A stretch of DNA of 64,000 nucleotides from Rhodospirillales bacterium. GTDB taxonomy: Bacteria > Pseudomonadota > Alphaproteobacteria > Rhodospirillales > JANQFP01. The position numbers were made by a program, and so were the translations under genes. Positions 16,098 to 27,390 of the stretch are shown here, in pieces. The first letter of the stretch is position 1. The number at the start of each line of letters is the position of its first letter. The DNA lies in the NCBI GenBank assembly GCA_028277795.1, contig JANQFP010000208.1:3751-67750 (forward strand), in the 5' to 3' direction. The notes under the pieces were generated by a model. That model was not told the DNA's origin and searched no databases. It saw only the letters and a program-made list of their open reading frames with translations.

Positions 16098-17498
16098 TTA
16101 CTTGTACCCTCTCAGCTCGTCGATGTACTCGGGCAGGAACAGGGAGATCTCGGGCACGTAGGTGATCAGGATCAGGAACAGAACCAGGATTCCCGCCCAC
16201 GGCAGGGCGGCCCGTAGCACCCAGAGCAAACTTCGCCCGGTGATGCCGGCGGCGACGAACAGATTAAGGCCCACCGGCGGCGTCACCATGCCGATCTCCA
16301 TGTTCACCACCATGATGATGCCCAGGTGGACGGGATCGATGCCCAGCTGGACGGCGATGGGCAGCAGGATCGGGGCCATGATCAGCAGGATCGCCGACGG
16401 CTCCATGAAATCGCCGGCGAGGATCAGGATGACGTTGAGGACGATGAGGAACCCCCAGGCGGGCAGACCCCAGCCGATGATGGCCTCGGCGATCAAGTGG
16501 GGAATGCGCTCGGTCGTCAGCACATGGGCGAACAGCATCGCGTTGGCGATGATGAACAGCAGCATGATGGCGACTTTGGACGCGTCGAGGATGACCCTGT
16601 GGACGTCGGGATCGCCGGCGCTCCGCACCAGCGCAACGCCCATGCCGCCGACATTGCGCATTGCGGCCGTGGCGAGGGGCTCGTCGGGGCGACGCCATGG
16701 CACCCCTTTCATGGGGCCGATGTCCCTGTAGCCGAAGATGGACACGCAGTAGGCATAGAACGCCGACACCGCGGCCGCCTCGGTGGGGCTGGCGATGCCG
16801 CCGTAGATGGCGCCGAGGACGATGATGATCAGGAAGATGCCCCCCGACGCGGCGAAGGCCGAGACGAAGACCTCGCGGAACCCGGCCCACGGCTGGGCCG
16901 GCAGGTTCTTGACCCGGGCCGCGATATAGATGGCGACCATCAGCATCAGGCCCATGATGATGCCGGGGATGAAGCCGGCCATGAACATGCGCGCCGCCGA
17001 GACCTCGGTGGCGGCGGCGTAGACCAGCATGACGATGGACGGGGGAATGAGGATGCCCAGGGTACCCGCGTTGGAGATCACGCCGACGGCGAACCGCTCC
17101 GGGTAACCGGCGCGGACCATGCCTGCGATGACGATGGAGCCGATGGCGGCCACGGTGGCCGGCGACGAGCCCGACACGGCGGCGAACAGCATGCTGGCCA
17201 GCACCGAGGCCATGGCCAGGCCGCCGCGCACCATGCCGACGACGGAGATGGCGAAGCGGATGAGCCGTCGGGCCACGCCGCCGGTGGACAGGAAGGCCGA
17301 CGACAGGATGAAGAACGGGATGGCCAGCAGGGTGTAGTGCTCGGACAGGTTCTCGAAGAACTTGAGCGCCACGGAGGCCAGGGAATCGGGGGAGAAGAAC
17401 AGGATGGTGACGACGCTGGACAGGCCCAGGGCGATTGAGATGGGCATGCCCAGGAACATGCACCCGAACAGGATGATGAACAGCGCAGCGGTGGTCAT
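16098..17498 (-). CDS. dctM: TRAP transporter large permease DctM (copy 2, no cognate DctQ)
   Basis: It is ~80% identical by eye to the DctM at 18695-20095. The ATG at 17498 (MTTAALFIILF) aligns with the start of the paralog. Confidence 0.9.
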   Translation of the reverse strand: MTTAALFIILFGCMFLGMPISIALGLSSVVTILFFSPDSLASVALKFFENLSEHYTLLAIPFFILSSAFLSTGGVARRLIRFAISVVGMVRGGLAMASVLASMLFAAVSGSSPATVAAIGSIVIAGMVRAGYPERFAVGVISNAGTLGILIPPSIVMLVYAAATEVSAARMFMAGFIPGIIMGLMLMVAIYIAARVKNLPAQPWAGFREVFVSAFAASGGIFLIIIVLGAIYGGIASPTEAAAVSAFYAYCVSIFGYRDIGPMKGVPWRRPDEPLATAAMRNVGGMGVALVRSAGDPDVHRVILDASKVAIMLLFIIANAMLFAHVLTTERIPHLIAEAIIGWGLPAWGFLIVLNVILILAGDFMEPSAILLIMAPILLPIAVQLGIDPVHLGIIMVVNMEIGMVTPPVGLNLFVAAGITGRSLLWVLRAALPWAGILVLFLILITYVPEISLFLPEYIDELRGYK

Positions 17499-17655
17499 CG
17501 CAGATGCCCGCCCTCTGTTCGGGCGTGGACCGCCGGCATACGCGTCTCGTTGATCGCGGAAACCAAACCCGGTTCGGTGCCGATACAGGCGCACACGCCC
17601 ATCGGACGACGGCCTCCCCCCTTATACCCCTGCTTCTCTTGTTGGTCTGTCTTGT

Positions 17656-18651
17656 CTATTGATTGGACGCGACGGCCGCGTCGATCAGGTCCTTTCCGAT
17701 CTCGGCTTCGAACTCCTTCCACACCGGCATCAGCGCTTGGCGCCAGACGTCCCGTTCGGCCTCGTTCAGCGTCATGACTGTGACTTGCCCCGACTCGGCG
17801 ATCTCGCGGCGATTGGCGATGGCCTTTTCCTGCGCCAGCCGGCGGACCTCGGCGGTGACCTCGGCCAGGATGTTCTCCAGCTCGGTGCGGATGTCGGGTG
17901 GCAGGCTGTTCCAGAAGTTGGAGCTGGTGACCACCATGTAGCCCAGGTACGTGTGGCCCACCTCGGTGAAATACCTGTGCACGGTGTGCAGCTTGCGCGA
18001 GTAGATGTTGGACCACGCGTTCTCCTGGCCCTTGACCAGTCCTTCGCGCACCGCGTCGTAGACCTGCTTGAACGCCATGGGGAAGGTGTTGACCCCGATG
18101 CGGGACCACTGGGCATGGAACACCGACGAGGGTTCGATGCGGAAGGTCAGGCCGCGGGCGTCCTCGGGCCGTCGCAGCGGTTGGTTGGCCGAGATCACAC
18201 GGGGGCCGTTGTCCCAGTAGGCCAGGCCCTTGATTCCGCGCTCCTCCATGGAATCGAGCAGGGCGCGGCCGGGCGGGCTGGCCTGGAAGCGGTGCAGGGC
18301 CTCCATGTCCTTGAACAGGAAGGGCAGGTCGAAGATCTGCAGCTTCTTGGTATAGGTGCGGAACTTGGCCAGGGACGGGGCCGCCATCTCCGCGTCGCCC
18401 AGCAGCAGGGCCAGCAGCACTTGGTTGTCATTGAACTTGATGGACCGGGGATAGACCTCCACCCGCACGCGCCCCGCCAGCCGCTGCTCCACCAGGGTCT
18501 TGAACAGGGTGGCGCCCTCTCCCTTGGGAGTCCGTTCGCCGACCACGTGGGCGAAGCGTATGAGAATCTCGTCGGCCGCCACCGGCTGGACGGCGACCAG
18601 CAGGAGACCGATGGCTGCGACGGCTGATCTCAACAACGACATCGGGTGCAC
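17656..18651 (-). CDS. dctP: TRAP transporter solute-binding protein DctP (copy 2)
   Basis: It has a signal peptide and DctP motifs ([29 protein letters not shown]). It is a paralog of the gene at 20685-21677. Confidence 0.9.
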   Translation of the reverse strand: MHPMSLLRSAVAAIGLLLVAVQPVAADEILIRFAHVVGERTPKGEGATLFKTLVEQRLAGRVRVEVYPRSIKFNDNQVLLALLLGDAEMAAPSLAKFRTYTKKLQIFDLPFLFKDMEALHRFQASPPGRALLDSMEERGIKGLAYWDNGPRVISANQPLRRPEDARGLTFRIEPSSVFHAQWSRIGVNTFPMAFKQVYDAVREGLVKGQENAWSNIYSRKLHTVHRYFTEVGHTYLGYMVVTSSNFWNSLPPDIRTELENILAEVTAEVRRLAQEKAIANRREIAESGQVTVMTLNEAERDVWRQALMPVWKEFEAEIGKDLIDAAVASNQ

Positions 18652-18694
18652 TCCCCGTTTTCGAGGGACGCGCCGGCCTCCACCGGCCGCGACG

Positions 18695-20095
18695 TTATTT
18701 GAACCCCTTCAGGTGGTCGATGTACTCGGGCAGGAACAAGGAGACCTGCGGCACGTAGGTGACGATGATCAGGAACACGAGCAGGATCGCCAGCCACGGC
18801 AACGCTGCCCGCATGGCCCACAACAGGCTGTGCCCGGTGATGCCGGCGATGACGAACAGGTTCAGTCCCACCGGCGGCGTGATCATGCCGATCTCCATGT
18901 TGACCACCATGATGATGCCCAGGTGGATCGGGTCGATGCCCAGGGTCACGGCGATGGGGAACAGGATGGGGGCCATGATGAGCAGGATGGCCGACGGCTC
19001 CATGAAGTTGCCGGCGGCCAGCAGCAGCAGGTTGACCACGATCAGAAAGCCCCAAGCCGGCAGGCCCCACTGGACGATGGCCTCGGTGATCAGGTGCGGG
19101 ATGCGCTCGCTGGTCAGCACGTGGGCGAACAGCATGGCGTTGGCGATGATGAACAGCAGCATGATGCTGACCTTGGCCCCGTCCATCACCACCTTCTGGA
19201 CTTCCGCGCTGGCAAAGCTCTTGGGCAGGGCGACCAGAATCTGGCCCGCGTTGCGGACCGCCACCTTGCCCCACGGCTCGCCGTCGTGGCGCCACGGCAC
19301 CTCCTTGAGGGGACCCATGTCCCGGTAGCCGAACACGGCCACCAGGTAAGCGTAGACGGCGGAAATGGCCGCCGCCTCGGTGGGGCTGGCGACACCGCCG
19401 TAGATGGTGCCCAGCACGATGACGATGAGCAGAATGCCGCCCGTGGCGCTGAACGCCGATGCGAAGACCTCGCCGAAGCCGACGAACGGCTGCGCGGGCA
19501 GGTTCTTGAACCGCGCCACGATGTAGATGGCGATCATCAGCATCAGGCCCATGGTGATGCCGGGGATGAAGCCAGCCATGAACATCCGCGCCGCAGACAC
19601 CTCGGTGGCGGCGGCGTAGACCAGCATGACGATGGACGGCGGAATAAGAATGCCCAGGGTGCCGGCATTGGCGATAACGCCGGCGGCGACGGACTCCGGA
19701 TAGCCGGCGCGGACCATGCCCACGATGACGATGGAGCCGATGGCGGCCACCGTGGCTGGTGACGAGCCCGACACGGCGGCGAACAGCATGCAGGCGACCA
19801 CCGAGGCCATGGCCAAGCCGCCACGCACCATGCCGACCACGGATATGGCGAAACGGATCAGCCGCCGCGCCACCCCGCCCGTGGACAGGAAGGCCGACGA
19901 CAGGATGAAGAAGGGGATGGCCAGGAGCGTGTAGTGCTCGGACAGGTTCTCGAAGAGCTTCAGCGCGATGGACGCTAGGGAATCCTCCGAGAACACGAGG
20001 ATGGTGAAGACACTGGACAGGCCGAGCGCGATGGCGATGGGCATGCCCACGATCATGCAGGCGAACAGGCTGATGAACAGGGCGGCCGTAGTCAT
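18695..20095 (-). CDS. dctM: TRAP transporter large permease DctM (copy 1)
   Basis: It is a 466-aa polytopic protein. Its start overlaps the dctQ stop. Confidence 0.9.
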   Translation of the reverse strand: MTTAALFISLFACMIVGMPIAIALGLSSVFTILVFSEDSLASIALKLFENLSEHYTLLAIPFFILSSAFLSTGGVARRLIRFAISVVGMVRGGLAMASVVACMLFAAVSGSSPATVAAIGSIVIVGMVRAGYPESVAAGVIANAGTLGILIPPSIVMLVYAAATEVSAARMFMAGFIPGITMGLMLMIAIYIVARFKNLPAQPFVGFGEVFASAFSATGGILLIVIVLGTIYGGVASPTEAAAISAVYAYLVAVFGYRDMGPLKEVPWRHDGEPWGKVAVRNAGQILVALPKSFASAEVQKVVMDGAKVSIMLLFIIANAMLFAHVLTSERIPHLITEAIVQWGLPAWGFLIVVNLLLLAAGNFMEPSAILLIMAPILFPIAVTLGIDPIHLGIIMVVNMEIGMITPPVGLNLFVIAGITGHSLLWAMRAALPWLAILLVFLIIVTYVPQVSLFLPEYIDHLKGFK

Positions 20096-20652
20096 TGCTG
20101 GGCCTGACCGCCTTTGCCCTCGGCAGCCCTGCCCTCCTCCGCCTCCTTGAGGGCGTCGGCCGCCTCGTCAGCCAGGTTGAAGCCGGTCGCCGTGCCCTTT
20201 CCCAGTGCCCATAGGAGCTGCAGGAACCGGATGGACAACAGAATGAATCCGATTAACAGAATGGAGTGGGCGACCCACGTGGGGATATCGATGTCTTCCA
20301 GCGGGATGCCAATGCGGTACATCTTGTCCAGGTAGACCCAGCCGCCATAGAGGAATAGGCCGCAATAGATAAGGCACAGAACGACGGCGAACATGCTGAC
20401 CACCCGCCGGGTACCCGGCGGCAGGAGCTTGACCACGGCGTCGACGCCGATGTGCGACCCCACCTTGATCCCATAGGAGGCCCCAAAGAGAACCATCCAC
20501 GCCGAGAGGTGCAGGGTGGCTTCCTGAATCCAGATGAATCCGGTGTTGAAGCCGAAGCGCATCACCACTTCGACAAACACCATGAGCGTGAGGACGACGA
20601 GGAGGAGGGAAATGATTCCCTCCTCCAGTCGACCAATGAACCGGGCAGTCAT
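20092..20652 (-). CDS. dctQ: TRAP transporter small permease DctQ
   Basis: It is 186 aa with 4 predicted TM segments and lies between dctP and dctM, with an overlap of its stop with the dctM start. Confidence 0.85.
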   Translation of the reverse strand: MTARFIGRLEEGIISLLLVVLTLMVFVEVVMRFGFNTGFIWIQEATLHLSAWMVLFGASYGIKVGSHIGVDAVVKLLPPGTRRVVSMFAVVLCLIYCGLFLYGGWVYLDKMYRIGIPLEDIDIPTWVAHSILLIGFILLSIRFLQLLWALGKGTATGFNLADEAADALKEAEEGRAAEGKGGQAQQ

Positions 20653-20684
20653 GTCGGGTTGCTACGCCGCGGTGTGGTCCACGA

Positions 20685-21689
<1,005 letters not shown>

Positions 21690-21956
21690 CTAGCTTGGAC
21701 CTTAAGCTCCGGGGCCGGTCGGCTCCGGGCACCTCCCGGTTTCGAGTTGTTGTGGCCCCGGACGTCCCCGTGGCCCCTATTAACAGGGATCGCGACCCCT
21801 TTGGCAAGGAATTCAAAGAAATCGGTTCGTTCGGCCGGCAAGGCGCGCGCGGTTCCGGGGCGCGGACAGCCGCGAAAGGTTCATCGCTTTCTGCTACAAT
21901 ACCGGGTTAGGGGGGCGGCCGTCCGGATGCCGCCAGCGTGATCAGCGGAGGGCATC

Positions 21957-22904
21957 ATGAGCAAGAAGGCGGACCCGACGAAGCCGGGCAAGGGGAAGGC
22001 GAAAAAGGCCGACAAGCCGGAACCGCAGCAGCCCGCGCAGCCGACCCTTCGCGTCGTCGAAGACGCGGCGCCGGAACCCCACTACGATCGACCGATCGAG
22101 GAGATCCGGGGCGAGACAAAGGCCAAGCTCAAGAACCAATTCTACGAAGCGGAACTGGCCCGCCTGCAGGAAGAACTCGTCAAGCTGCAGGAATGGATCA
22201 AGCACAAGGGCCTGAAGGTGGTGGTCATCTTCGAGGGCCGCGATGCCGCCGGCAAGGGCGGCGTCATCAAGCGCATCATGCTCAGGCTCAACCCGCGCAT
22301 CTGTCGCGTCGTCGCCCTCGGCACGCCGACCGAGCGGGAGAAGACCCAGTGGTACTTCCAGCGCTATGTACCCCATCTGCCGGCGGCCGGGGAAATGGTC
22401 CTGTTCGACCGCTCCTGGTACAACCGGGCCGGGGTCGAGCGGGTGATGGGCTTCTGCACGCAGGAGGAACACCGGGAGTTCCTGCGCTCCTGCCCGGAGT
22501 TCGAGCGCATGCTGGTCCGTTCGGGCATCACCCTCATCAAGTACTGGTTCTCGGTCAGCGACGAGGAGCAGGAACGCCGCTTCCAGGGGCGCATCACCAA
22601 TCCGGTCAAGCGCTGGAAACTCAGCCCCATGGACCTGGAATCCCGCAAGCAGTGGCTGGAGTACTCGAAGGCCAAGGACGAGATGTTCGCCCACACGGAC
22701 ATCAAACAGGCGCCGTGGTATGTGGTCGAGGCCGACCAGAAGAAGCGGGCGCGGCTCAACTGCATCCGCCACCTGTTAAGCATGATCCCTTACGAGGACC
22801 TGACGCCCGAACCCATCGAGCTGCCGCCGCGGCAGCCCGACAGGGGCTACGTCCGACCGCCCATGGACGATCAGACCTTCGTGCCCGACGAATACGAAGA
22901 CTAA
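21957..22904 (+). CDS. ppk2: Polyphosphate kinase 2 (PPK2)
   Basis: The sequence VVVIFEGRDAAGKGGVIKRI is the Walker A region. QWYFQRYVPHLPAAGEMVLFDRSWYNRAGVERVMGF is the canonical PPK2 core. Confidence 0.9.
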   Translation: MSKKADPTKPGKGKAKKADKPEPQQPAQPTLRVVEDAAPEPHYDRPIEEIRGETKAKLKNQFYEAELARLQEELVKLQEWIKHKGLKVVVIFEGRDAAGKGGVIKRIMLRLNPRICRVVALGTPTEREKTQWYFQRYVPHLPAAGEMVLFDRSWYNRAGVERVMGFCTQEEHREFLRSCPEFERMLVRSGITLIKYWFSVSDEEQERRFQGRITNPVKRWKLSPMDLESRKQWLEYSKAKDEMFAHTDIKQAPWYVVEADQKKRARLNCIRHLLSMIPYEDLTPEPIELPPRQPDRGYVRPPMDDQTFVPDEYED

Positions 22905-22916
22905 GGAAACCGGCTG

Positions 22917-23531
22917 TCAGGCCGACTCGAGGTCACGCGGCGAGACGAACCCCTCGAGGCGGCAGCTGCCCGGAGCGAGGGCCGCCCAGTCCCCGGTCTC
23001 GCAGGTCAGCACGGCCAGGGCCCCGGTCGGGTACTTGTCGGTCATGCGTTGGTGGGCCGCCCCGTCGCCGCGGCCGGCCAGCGCCGTGGCCAGGATCTCG
23101 AGGCCGGGGTTGTGGCCAATCATCATCACCGACGGCACGGATGGGTCCAGGGTCTGCAGGCGGCGCAGGAGGTCGCCGGCGTCGGCCTCGTAGAGATCCC
23201 GTTCCACGTGGGTGGCGACGCCGCCACCCAATGCGCCTTCGATCAGCGCCAAGGTGTCGCGGGTCCGCCGCGCTGCCGAGCACAGGACCATGTGGGGCCG
23301 CAATCCATGGCGACGCAGGTGCTCGGCCATCAGCTTGCCGGCGCGGCGGCCGCGCTTGGCCAGCGGGCGGTCGAAGTCGTCCAGCGACAGGTCCTTCCAC
23401 GAGGACTTGGCATGACGCAGCAGATAGATGGTCTTCAGCGTCGGTGCGGCGGGCTTTTTGGCGGACCGCTTCGCGTCTTTCTTGCCTGCCTTCCCCTCGG
23501 TGCCGGCCTTGGGCCCGGGGTCGGCCATCAT
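22917..23531 (-). CDS. Histidine phosphatase superfamily protein (SixA-like)
   Basis: The RHA motif is in IYLLRHAKSSW and the second His is in MMIGHNPG. The ATG-ATG start at 23531 overlaps the stop of the upstream ppk2 (ATGA). The track ORF reaching 24110 is a run-on. Confidence 0.8.
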   Translation of the reverse strand: MMADPGPKAGTEGKAGKKDAKRSAKKPAAPTLKTIYLLRHAKSSWKDLSLDDFDRPLAKRGRRAGKLMAEHLRRHGLRPHMVLCSAARRTRDTLALIEGALGGGVATHVERDLYEADAGDLLRRLQTLDPSVPSVMMIGHNPGLEILATALAGRGDGAAHQRMTDKYPTGALAVLTCETGDWAALAPGSCRLEGFVSPRDLESA

Positions 23532-24487
23532 GAGGTCGGCGAGCCCGGCCCGGCGCGGCGGGGCAGGACGGAATCGGGCCCGCTGTCGCGGAGCTCGACG
23601 AAGTTGGATGCCGGGCCGACGATCTTCGGGTCGGGCGTCATCGCCACGGCAGGGTTCTTGTCCGGATAGGGAAGGGCCGTCAGCAGGTGCCGCATGCAAT
23701 TGAGGCGGGCCCGCTTCTTGTCGTCCGACTTGACGATGGTCCACGGGGCGTCGGTGGTGTCGGTGTGGAAGAGCATGGCCTGCTTGGCCGCCGTGTAGTC
23801 GTCCCACTTGTCGAGGGACTGCTTGTCGATGGGGCTGAGCTTCCACTGTTTCAGGGGGTCCGTGCGCCGGGACGCGAAACGCCGCGACTGCTCGGCGCGG
23901 CTTACCGAGAACCAGTACTTGAACAGGAGAGTGCCGCTGTTCACCAGCATGCGCTCGAACTGCGGCGCCTGGCGCAGGAACTCCAGGTACTCGGTGTCGG
24001 TGCAGAACCCCATGACGATCTCGACCCCGGCGCGGTTGTACCAGGAGCGGTCGAACAGGACGATCTCGCCCTTCGAGGGCAGGTGGGTCACGTAGCGCTG
24101 GAAGTACCACTGGCCGCGCTCGCGCTCGGTGGGCTTCTCCAGGGCCACAACCTGGGCGCCGCGGGGATTGAGGTGCTCCATGAACCGCTTGATGGTGCCT
24201 CCCTTGCCGGCGGCGTCGCGGCCCTCGAAGATGAGCAGCACCTTCTGCCCGGTGTCGCGCACCCAGCTCTGCACCTTCAGGAGCTCGGTCTGCAGCTCCA
24301 TCTTGGTGCCCTCGTACTCCCGGCGCCGCATCTTAATGCGGTAGGGGTAGTCGGGGTCGAGGATGCGCTTGCGCAGCGGGATGGCCGGGTCGTCCAGGGC
24401 GTCCGGGTGCGCCGGCGACGGATCGGCGGTTTCCGCCACGTCCGCGAGGTCGGCAGGGTCGCGTTGATCGGGCTCGGTTTCCGGCAT
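23528..24487 (-). CDS. ppk2: Polyphosphate kinase 2 (PPK2), second paralog
   Basis: VLLIFEGRDAAGKGGTIKRF and QWYFQRYVTHLPSKGEIVLFDRSWYNRAGVEIVMGF are both present. The ATG at 24487 is preferred over the TTG at 24505. Confidence 0.9.
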   Translation of the reverse strand: MPETEPDQRDPADLADVAETADPSPAHPDALDDPAIPLRKRILDPDYPYRIKMRRREYEGTKMELQTELLKVQSWVRDTGQKVLLIFEGRDAAGKGGTIKRFMEHLNPRGAQVVALEKPTERERGQWYFQRYVTHLPSKGEIVLFDRSWYNRAGVEIVMGFCTDTEYLEFLRQAPQFERMLVNSGTLLFKYWFSVSRAEQSRRFASRRTDPLKQWKLSPIDKQSLDKWDDYTAAKQAMLFHTDTTDAPWTIVKSDDKKRARLNCMRHLLTALPYPDKNPAVAMTPDPKIVGPASNFVELRDSGPDSVLPRRAGPGSPTS

Positions 24488-24667
24488 GGCACGATCGAAT
24501 GGCAAATGGGTGTCGGAGGTGATTTCGACCCTACCACAAGATCATGACAGGAACTATCACGGTCCCGGCCGCGGGCCCGTCGATGGCCTGGAACCCGCCG
24601 CCCGTGGTGTGGTAACGCAGGAGACGGCCCCGAGGTCGGGCCGGGCACGGGCAGGGAGCGGCGGGGC

Positions 24668-26260
24668 ATGGACGACTGGTGGCGCGGCGCCGTCCTCTAT
24701 CAGATCTATCCGCGCAGCTTCCTCGACACCAATGGCGACGGCATCGGGGATCTGCCGGGCATCGCGGAAAAGCTGGACTACGTGGCCGATCTCGGCGTCG
24801 ACGGGGTCTGGATCTCGCCCTTCTTCCCTTCGCCGATGAAGGACTTCGGCTACGACGTGGCCGATTTCCGGGGCGTCGACCCGATGTTCGGCAGCCTCGA
24901 CGATTTCGACCGGCTCCTCGACCGTGCCCACGGGCTCGGGCTCAAGGTGATCATTGATCAGGTCTACTCCCACACGTCGGACCGGCACCCCTGGTTTCAG
25001 GCCAGCCGGCAGGGCCGCGACAACCCGTTCGCCGACTGGTACGTGTGGGCCGACCCCAAGGTGGACGGCACGCCGCCCAACAACTGGCTGGCCATCTTCG
25101 GCGGCGTCGCTTGGGAGTGGGAGCCGCGAAGACGCCAGTACTACCTGCACAACTTCCTGCGCGAGCAGCCGGACCTCAACCTGCACAACCCGGCGGTCCA
25201 GGAGGCCATCCTGGACACGGCGCGGTTCTGGCTCGACCGCGGGGTCGACGGATTCCGCCTCGATGTCGCCAACTTCTTCCTGCACGATCCGCACTTGCGC
25301 GACAATCCGCCTTATGCTCACCCCAACCCCATCAAGCCCTATTGGCTGCAACGGCAGGTATTCAACCGCTCGCGGCCGGAGACCTTGGACTTCGTGGCCC
25401 GCCTGCGGGCGGTGCTGGACGCCTATCCGGGCACCATGACCGTGGCGGAGATCGCCAGCGACCGGCCGGTGGAGACCATGGTCGAGTACACGGACGGCCC
25501 GGACCGCTTCCACACCGCGTACAGCTTCGTTCTCCTCCGCCAATCCTTCGGCGCCGAGCACATCCGCCGGTCGGTGGAGGCCATGCGCGGCGAGACGTCC
25601 CACACCTGGCCGTCGTGGGCGTTCAGCAACCACGACGTGGAGCGGGTGGTCTCGCGCTGGGCGGCCGAGCCGTCGCCGGCGTTCGCCCGCCTGATGGTGG
25701 CCGTGCTGACCAGCCTTCGCGGCACCGCGTTCCTCTACCAGGGCGAGGAGCTGGGCCTGCCCCAGGCGGCGGTCCCCTACGAGCGTCTGCGCGATCCGGA
25801 GGGCCTCACGTTCTGGCCCGAGCACAAGGGCCGGGACGGGGCCCGCACGCCGCTGCCGTGGCGGGCCGACGGCGCCCACGCCGGTTTCTCCGATGCCGAG
25901 CCTTGGCTGCCGATGGACCCGGCCCACCGGCCGCTGGCGGTCGACCGTCAGGACGCCGATCCCGGGTCGGTGCTCAACTTCACCCGCCGGTTCCTGCGCT
26001 GGCGCAAAGGCCACCCGGCCCTCATCCGCGGGGCCATCCACTTCCTCGATGGCGCGGAGCCGCTGCTCGCCTTCGAACGGCAGGGACCCGACGGCCGCAT
26101 CCTGTGCGCCTTCAACCTGGGTCCCGAACCGCTGGCGGCGGCGCTGCCGCTGTCCGGCGTCGCGACCCCTTTGGCCGACGCCGGCCTGCCCGGGCGCCTG
26201 CACGGCAATCGGCTCGACCTGCCCGGATACGGCGGCGTCTTCGCCGCGTTGGACGGTTGA
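24668..26260 (+). CDS. GH13 alpha-glucosidase / oligo-1,6-glucosidase-like
   Basis: The N-terminus WWRGAVLYQIYPRSFLDTNGDGIGDLPGI and the segments GVDGVWISPFF, DQVYSHTS, GVDGFRLDVA and NHD make up the conserved GH13 regions. Confidence 0.9.
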   Translation: MDDWWRGAVLYQIYPRSFLDTNGDGIGDLPGIAEKLDYVADLGVDGVWISPFFPSPMKDFGYDVADFRGVDPMFGSLDDFDRLLDRAHGLGLKVIIDQVYSHTSDRHPWFQASRQGRDNPFADWYVWADPKVDGTPPNNWLAIFGGVAWEWEPRRRQYYLHNFLREQPDLNLHNPAVQEAILDTARFWLDRGVDGFRLDVANFFLHDPHLRDNPPYAHPNPIKPYWLQRQVFNRSRPETLDFVARLRAVLDAYPGTMTVAEIASDRPVETMVEYTDGPDRFHTAYSFVLLRQSFGAEHIRRSVEAMRGETSHTWPSWAFSNHDVERVVSRWAAEPSPAFARLMVAVLTSLRGTAFLYQGEELGLPQAAVPYERLRDPEGLTFWPEHKGRDGARTPLPWRADGAHAGFSDAEPWLPMDPAHRPLAVDRQDADPGSVLNFTRRFLRWRKGHPALIRGAIHFLDGAEPLLAFERQGPDGRILCAFNLGPEPLAAALPLSGVATPLADAGLPGRLHGNRLDLPGYGGVFAALDG

Positions 26261-26273
26261 GGGAGGACGGCGC

Positions 26274-26999
26274 GTGACAGCCCCGTCCCCTTGGTCGCCG
26301 CGGCCGCCCCGCCGCCCCCTGTGGCCGTGGCTGGTCGGGTTCGCGGTGGCGGTGGCGGCGCTGGTGGCCCTGTTGGCGAGCCTGTTTCCCGAGGCCCTGG
26401 CAGAAGACGTCTCGCGGGCCGAGTTGGTGCGATCGCTGCTCATCCTGGCCCTGATCGCCAGCGGGGTCATCGTCCATTGGCGGACCCGGCCGGGGCAGGC
26501 GCTGCGGCATCTGGGTCTGTGGACGGCCATCGGCGGCGTCGTTTTCCTCGGCTACAGCTTCCGCCACGAGGCGGGGTTCCTGAAGGACCGGATGCTGGGC
26601 GAGCTGGTTCCCCACCACGGCGCCGTCACCGGAGACGCCGTCACCCTGGTCAAGCGCGCCGACGGCCATTTCGTGGTCGCGGCGGAGGTGGACGGGGTTT
26701 CGGTGCGGTTCATGGTCGATACCGGGGCCAGCGACGTGGTGCTCAGCCCGGCCGACGCGCGCCGCCTGGGGTTCGATGTCGACGGTCTGGCGTTCACGCG
26801 CCGCTACCGGACGGCCAACGGCACCGTGTGGGGCGCGCCGGTCGTGCTCCGCCGCGTGGCCATCGGCCCCATCGCCCTGTCGGACGTCCGTGCCTCGGTC
26901 AACGGTGCGCCCATGGAACTGTCGCTGCTCGGCATGAGTTTCCTGGACCGTTTGTCGGGTTACGAAGTGGCCGGTGATCGTCTTACCCTTAGGCCCTAA
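26274..26999 (+). CDS. Membrane-anchored retropepsin-like (clan AA, TIGR02281-type) aspartic protease
   Basis: The GTG at 26274 follows GGGAGGA. TM segments are followed by GHFVVAAEVDGVSVRFMVDTGASDVVLS, which contains the DTGA active site, and by LLGMSFL. Confidence 0.8.
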   Translation: MTAPSPWSPRPPRRPLWPWLVGFAVAVAALVALLASLFPEALAEDVSRAELVRSLLILALIASGVIVHWRTRPGQALRHLGLWTAIGGVVFLGYSFRHEAGFLKDRMLGELVPHHGAVTGDAVTLVKRADGHFVVAAEVDGVSVRFMVDTGASDVVLSPADARRLGFDVDGLAFTRRYRTANGTVWGAPVVLRRVAIGPIALSDVRASVNGAPMELSLLGMSFLDRLSGYEVAGDRLTLRP

Positions 27000-27174
27000 C
27001 CCTTTGTTGCTGAGGCTTTGCGGGGTCCTCGGGCGTCCAGGCGGGATCGCTCTGGCGGGGAATTCGATTAAAGCGTGCGGCTATTTCTGCTAGACTCTTA
27101 GGTTGCGCAGAGGTTGAGTGTGAGGTGGGTACGTAGCGGCAATTTGGATCAACGTTGGTGTGGGGAGCAGCGAT

Positions 27175-27390
27175 ATGTCTGATAGTGTCTACAAAGTCAT
27201 TACGCTGGTCGGCAGCAGCCCGACCTCGTGGGAGGACGCGACGAAGAACGCCGTCGCCGAAGCCGCCAAGCACCTGCGGGACCTGCGTATTGCCGAGGTC
27301 GATAACCTCGACGTGCATCTCGAGAACAACGAAATCGCCATGTTCCGGGCCAAGGTGAAGGTCTCGTTCAAGTACGAGGGTACCGGCTGA
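27175..27390 (+). CDS. Dodecin (flavin-binding, DUF1458)
   Basis: MSDSVYKVITLVGSSPTSWEDATKNAVAEAAKHLRDLRIAEV matches the dodecin signature. The protein is about 71 aa. Confidence 0.8.
   Translation: MSDSVYKVITLVGSSPTSWEDATKNAVAEAAKHLRDLRIAEVDNLDVHLENNEIAMFRAKVKVSFKYEGTG

Noticed and set aside
17495-18109. A 204-aa minus-strand ORF bridging dctP copy 2 and the dctP-dctM gap, considered as a possible divergent DctQ.
   Set aside because: It has no hydrophobic TM segments, and most of it is an off-frame read through dctP. Only its last 35 codons, which have their own Shine-Dalgarno sequence, are noted as a possible leader ORF in the TRAP finding.
22917-24110. A 397-aa minus-strand ORF spanning the SixA-like gene and part of the second ppk2.
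   Set aside because: Only the C-terminal ~204 aa (from the ATG-ATG at 23531) look like a histidine phosphatase. The upstream part is an out-of-frame read through ppk2 (23528-24487), which has unambiguous PPK2 motifs.
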